Shown here piece by piece: positions 57,381 through 64,000 of a DNA stretch of 64,000 bases (position 1 is its first letter; every line of letters begins with the position of its first letter). Both the position numbers and the translations under genes were made by a program. The notes beneath the pieces are model-generated. The model was not told the DNA's origin and did not search any database. It saw only the letters and a list, made by a program, of their open reading frames with translations. Origin of the DNA: the human T2T-CHM13v2.0 reference genome, Homo sapiens; the NCBI RefSeq assembly GCF_009914755.1, contig NC_060938.1; one strand, given 5' to 3'.

Positions 57381-58004
57381 CTAATTCCATGGGCAGTGGG
57401 GGCTGTTGGAGGCTCTTGAGCAGGGCCGGACAGGACCCAAATGGAGAAGGTCTGCAGTGAGCTGTGGAAATTCTTTGGCCTGATTCGCTGGATTTGTGGT
57501 GCACATCTGTGAGATGTGAGATTGGGATGGAGTGGACATGGGGACTCTGACATGGATTGTTTTGGGGCAGAAGAAGCCAATCCATGCTGGCGTCCCAGCC
57601 TGGGTCTGTAATCTCATTAATCTCCTTTTGGTGACTGGACCAGTTGCCTGTACAAGTGCCTCTTGGTCTCCTTGATCCAACCTCACTGAGCCAGCGTCGC
57701 TTGTATGCATGATACTGCAAGACTTCCTTCCCAGCTGGCCTGCACGCAGGTGCCTTGGAGAGGCATTGGGCAGATGGCATGTGGCCATTTCCAGCAGTGG
57801 GGCGCAGTGCTCAGGGAGACTGCAGCATCCTGGAGCCCTGCCAGCCAGGAGGGACTGTTCCCATTGCGGGCAGAATCTGTTACTTGCAATCAGAAGAACT
57901 TCAACTAATACTTGTTTTTTGCCTGTAGATTCAATTGACCTTGGGAATGTTGCTTAAACTCGCCTTTCACTTTCATTTTCCTATCAGTAAAGTGAAGGGT
58001 CATA

Positions 58005-58329
<325 letters not shown>

Positions 58330-59187
58330 TAGCCAGGATGGTCTCGATCTCCTGACCTTGTGATCCGCCTGCCTTGGCCTCCCAAAGTGCTGGGATTACA
58401 GGCGTGAGCCACCATGCCCGGCCTATTTTTTATTTTTGAGACAGAGTCTCAGTCTGTCATTCAAGCTGAAGTGCAGTGGTGCGATCATAGCTCACTATAA
58501 CCACAAACCCCTGGGCTCAAACAATACTCCTGCCTCAGCCTCCAAAATGGCTAGGGGTATGCACCATCACACCTGGCTCATTTTTTAATTTTTATTTTGT
58601 AGAGATGAGGTCTTGCTGTGTTGTCCAGGCTGGTGTCAAACTACTGGTCTCAAGTGATCCTCCCACCCCTCAGCCTCCCAAAGTGCTGGGATTGCGGGCG
58701 TGTGCCACTGTGCCTGGCCAGTTTTGTTTTTTGGTTTTGGGTTTTTTTTTTTTTTTTTTTTTTTGAGATGGAGTCTTGCTCTGTCGCCCACTGGAGTTCA
58801 GTGGGGTGATCTTGGCTCACTGCAACCTCCGCCTCTTGGGTTCAAGTGATTCTCCTGCCTCAGCCTCCTGAGTAGCTGGGAGTACAGGCACCCGCCACCA
58901 CGCCTGGCTAATTTTTTTTTTTTTTTTTTGAGACAGGGTCTCACTCTGTCACCCAGGCGCGTAGTGCAGTGGCACAATCTCAGCTCACTACAACCTCTGC
59001 CTCCTGGGTTCAAGTGGTCCTCCCACCTCAGCCTCTTGAGTAGCTGGGGCTACAGGTGAGTGCCACTATGTATTTGTATTTTTAGTAGAGACGGGGTTTC
59101 TCCATGTTGGCCAGGCTGGTCTCAAACTCCTGATCTCAGGTGATCTGCCCGCCTCGGCCTCCCAAAGTGCTGGGATTGCATGCGTGA

Positions 59188-59364
<177 letters not shown>

Positions 59365-60529
59365 TGAAAGTCATACATGAAATGCCAAGTGTGGTGGTAT
59401 GTGCCTCTAGTCCCACCTACTCAGGAGGCTGGGTGGGAGGATCACTGGAGACCAGGATCATCCACCGCACTCCAGCCTGGGCAACAGAGTGAGCCTCCAT
59501 CTGTAAAAGAAAGAAAACAGAGTCACATGTGAAAATCAGTAGGTTGACATGTCAGTGGGTTCTATAAGATGTGCTATAAGAAACATGTCTCTCCTGCCAA
59601 TTTTGCCCTCTCTGGAGAGTTCCTTTCAGTTCTTTTCGCTGCCTGTCTCTGAATGCTGCTTCGGGAGCTGTGTTTGGTCCCCTGACTTCAGGTGTTTCTG
59701 GTTGACTCTCTGCGGGAAGAGAAGCATGCAGAGCTCTTGCATCCCCCGTCCCCCATTCCCCCAGCCACCCACCTCCCTTCCTACTTCCACCCTGCCAGAG
59801 CTGCAGTGCTTCCTGGGCACGGGCCTTGCTGTGAGGACAGAGGAGCTCTTCACAGCGGAGGCAGGGGATGAATCACACCTGCAGTTCCTTGTCTGTGTGA
59901 CTCTTTGTTTTCCCTGGACTTGATAATCATCTTGTTTGCTCATCTAGTTTTTTTTTCTTTTTTTTTTTGAGACAGAGCCTTGCTCTGTTGCCCAGGCTGG
60001 CGTGCAATGGTGCGATCAATCTCTGCTCACTGCAACCTCCAACTCCTGGGTCCAAGTGATTCTTCTGCCTCAGCCTCCCGAGTAGCTGGGCTTAACAGGC
60101 GTGTGCCACCACACCCAGCTAATTTTTTGTATTTTTAATAGAGACAGGGTTTCACCACATTGGCCAGCCTGGTCTCAAACTCCTGACCTCAGGTGAGCCA
60201 CCTGCCTTGGCCTCCCAAAGTGCTGGGATTACAGGCATGAGCCACTACACCCAGCCTGCTCATCTAGTTTTCTAAGTGCAGTTCCACACATTCAATCCCA
60301 AACTCTCTGCCAGTTGTCTCACACATTAGGAATGTGTCCTCTCCATTTCTTCCCCCTGCAGAGATCTCTCCTGCACCCTCTTGGCCAGCTCCAGTCTGGC
60401 CTCGTTCCTCTCTCTACCCGGGACCCAGCTGTTGTCCTAGCGTCACCTTTGACCTCCCCTCATGTTAGAGCCCCTTTCTCCCGGATCCCGGGTCTTCCTC
60501 TCTCTGTGTCTGTGTTTGTTTGGGTGGAG

Positions 60530-62230
<1,701 letters not shown>

Positions 62231-64000
62231 AAGTTTCTTCTCCCTGCCTGGTCTTTGTATGTCCCAAGTTGTGTGTTTTCTGTCTAGTTCGCCTTTTACA
62301 TGGCAGAGGCTTTCTTCAGATGTTGGCAGTCCCCTGGTTGGAAGAGTGAGGCCCAGCAAGGCTGACTGGAAGCCCTGAGCACATGCATGGAGCCTGTGGG
62401 CCCCGCGGGTCTCTGACAGCAATCTGGCTGGGCTGCTGGGTGGGGAGTCGTTGCTTTTAGCCTTCCAGGGCCCGCTGAGTCCTTGCCATGCATCCCCCAC
62501 TTTCCAGCTTCCAGAATTGTATGGCTGCTTCCTCCCCTCATTCTCTCTGTCCTTAGGAGATTTGAACCTTTTTTCTTTGAGATGGAGTCTTGCTTTGTCA
62601 CCCAGGCTGGAGTGCAGTGGCCCGATCTCAGCTCACTGCAGCCTCCCCCTCCTGTGTTCAAGCAATTCTCTGCCTCAGCCTCCCGAGTAGCTGGGATTAC
62701 AGGCGCATGCCACCATGCCTGGCTAATTTTTGTATTTTTGGTAGAGACAGGGTTTCGCCATGTTAGTCAGGCTGGTCTCGAACTCCTGGCCTCAGGTGAT
62801 CCGGTCTGCCTCGGCTTCCCAAAGTGCTGGGATTACAGGCGCGAGCCACTGCGCCCGCCCCGTTTTTCTTTGTTTAACCCATTCCCTCTCATGGTAGTGG
62901 TGCTTGAGAAGGGAGTGAAAGAGTAATTGTGTGCTCATTATCATCACTGCCCAGAAGCTTCTGGCTTCTTCAGCGCCCTGCAGGTGACTCTTGCACATAC
63001 CCAGCGCTGAGCACCATGGTGCAGCTCATCCCCTTCACCTCCACGGTTCTGGTATCACAGTCTTCAGAGTATAGCCACTATTTTCCTCTAAGCCTCTGAA
63101 CATCTTTGAGTGGTATTTAGGTGCTGGTGGGGCTGCCTGTTACACTGTAAGTTGTTCCGTCAGCACAACTATGCTGCCTGCAAATGAAGGTATGAAACCT
63201 CCCCAAACTGCTGTCTAATGGTGTGGGATGGAACCAGCTCCCTTTGAGAGAAACTAAATTGTTTTTTGCCACTTCCTTTAATTTTTTCCATGTTGCCTTT
63301 TTTTCCTATACCTCCATTTAAACATCTATTGTTTTTGAGCTCTCTTCTTCAAAACTTGCTTCTAGGAACTATTACCCCTCTTCACCATATTGAACTCTAA
63401 GTCTTTTCTCTCATTCTGGAAGGCCATGATACCTAGAAGTAGACCACAGGGTTCTAACGGGGTGCCCTGGGTCCTGCAGCAGTCCCCTCATCGTGCTTTA
63501 ACAACTTATGACCCAGTAGTTTAAACAACGACCTAGGGAAGCTTGTCCCAGCCTGCCCTGCGTGTGCCCCCAGTAAAACCATGAGCGGCAGGAAGGGGAG
63601 CCCCTCGCGATGCTTGCCATGACCCTAGAGGAGCAGAGCCCAGAGATCATCTTTAGGGACCTCTCCCTCTGGGCTGCACTCATCCAGAAGGTGCTTCCCC
63701 GAGCCTGTCTGTAGAGTCAGCCACAGAGCAGGGCGATGAGCTATCAGAGACCAGGGTGTGTGCCACTGGGTCCAGCTTCTGCTCTTCTTGTCTCACAGCA
63801 ATATTTGAGTCCTGGTGCTAGCCATGGCGCAGTCGTTGGGCTGGTATCAGTGACAAGGTCTGGAGGGTAGACAGGAAGAGTGGCCAGTTGGCTCCACCAG
63901 CCCCTGCTCAGGAAGGACAGAATGTGACAGGCACCCAGGAAACCTGCTTCTGAGCGTTTTCTTTAGCGCACCCCCTACAATTAGCAGATGCAGCTTCTTG

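Overview
Human (or very close primate) genomic DNA containing the central part of TECPR2 (tectonin beta-propeller repeat containing 2, the HSAN9/SPG49 gene) on the + strand. Twelve internal coding exons (numbered 6-17 from my recollection of the 20-exon reference structure) splice into one uninterrupted frame with canonical AG/GT ends. They encode the end of the N-terminal propeller, a long acidic low-complexity linker and most of the tectonin repeats. The last ~20.8 kb is intron 17. Read-through of exon 17 gives an in-frame VSRS-stop followed by an AATAAA, consistent with a short isoform lacking the C-terminus. Introns are very rich in Alu (roughly 70 copies or fragments by manual count), plus L1, L2, MIR, MER6/Tigger3/MER30/MER3/MER46-type DNA transposons and a 47-bp minisatellite. 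Almost all other ORFs in the track are Alu or L1 translations. I found no evidence of a new self-contained biological system. The most interesting observations are splicing and RNA-processing features (a regenerated 5' splice site at exon 14, intronic polyadenylation with possible NMD escape, Alu poison-exon candidates) and local rearrangements (a non-Alu inverted duplication, an Alu foldback, a templated Alu fragment). Repeat family names are from recalled consensus sequences and need RepeatMasker/Dfam confirmation.
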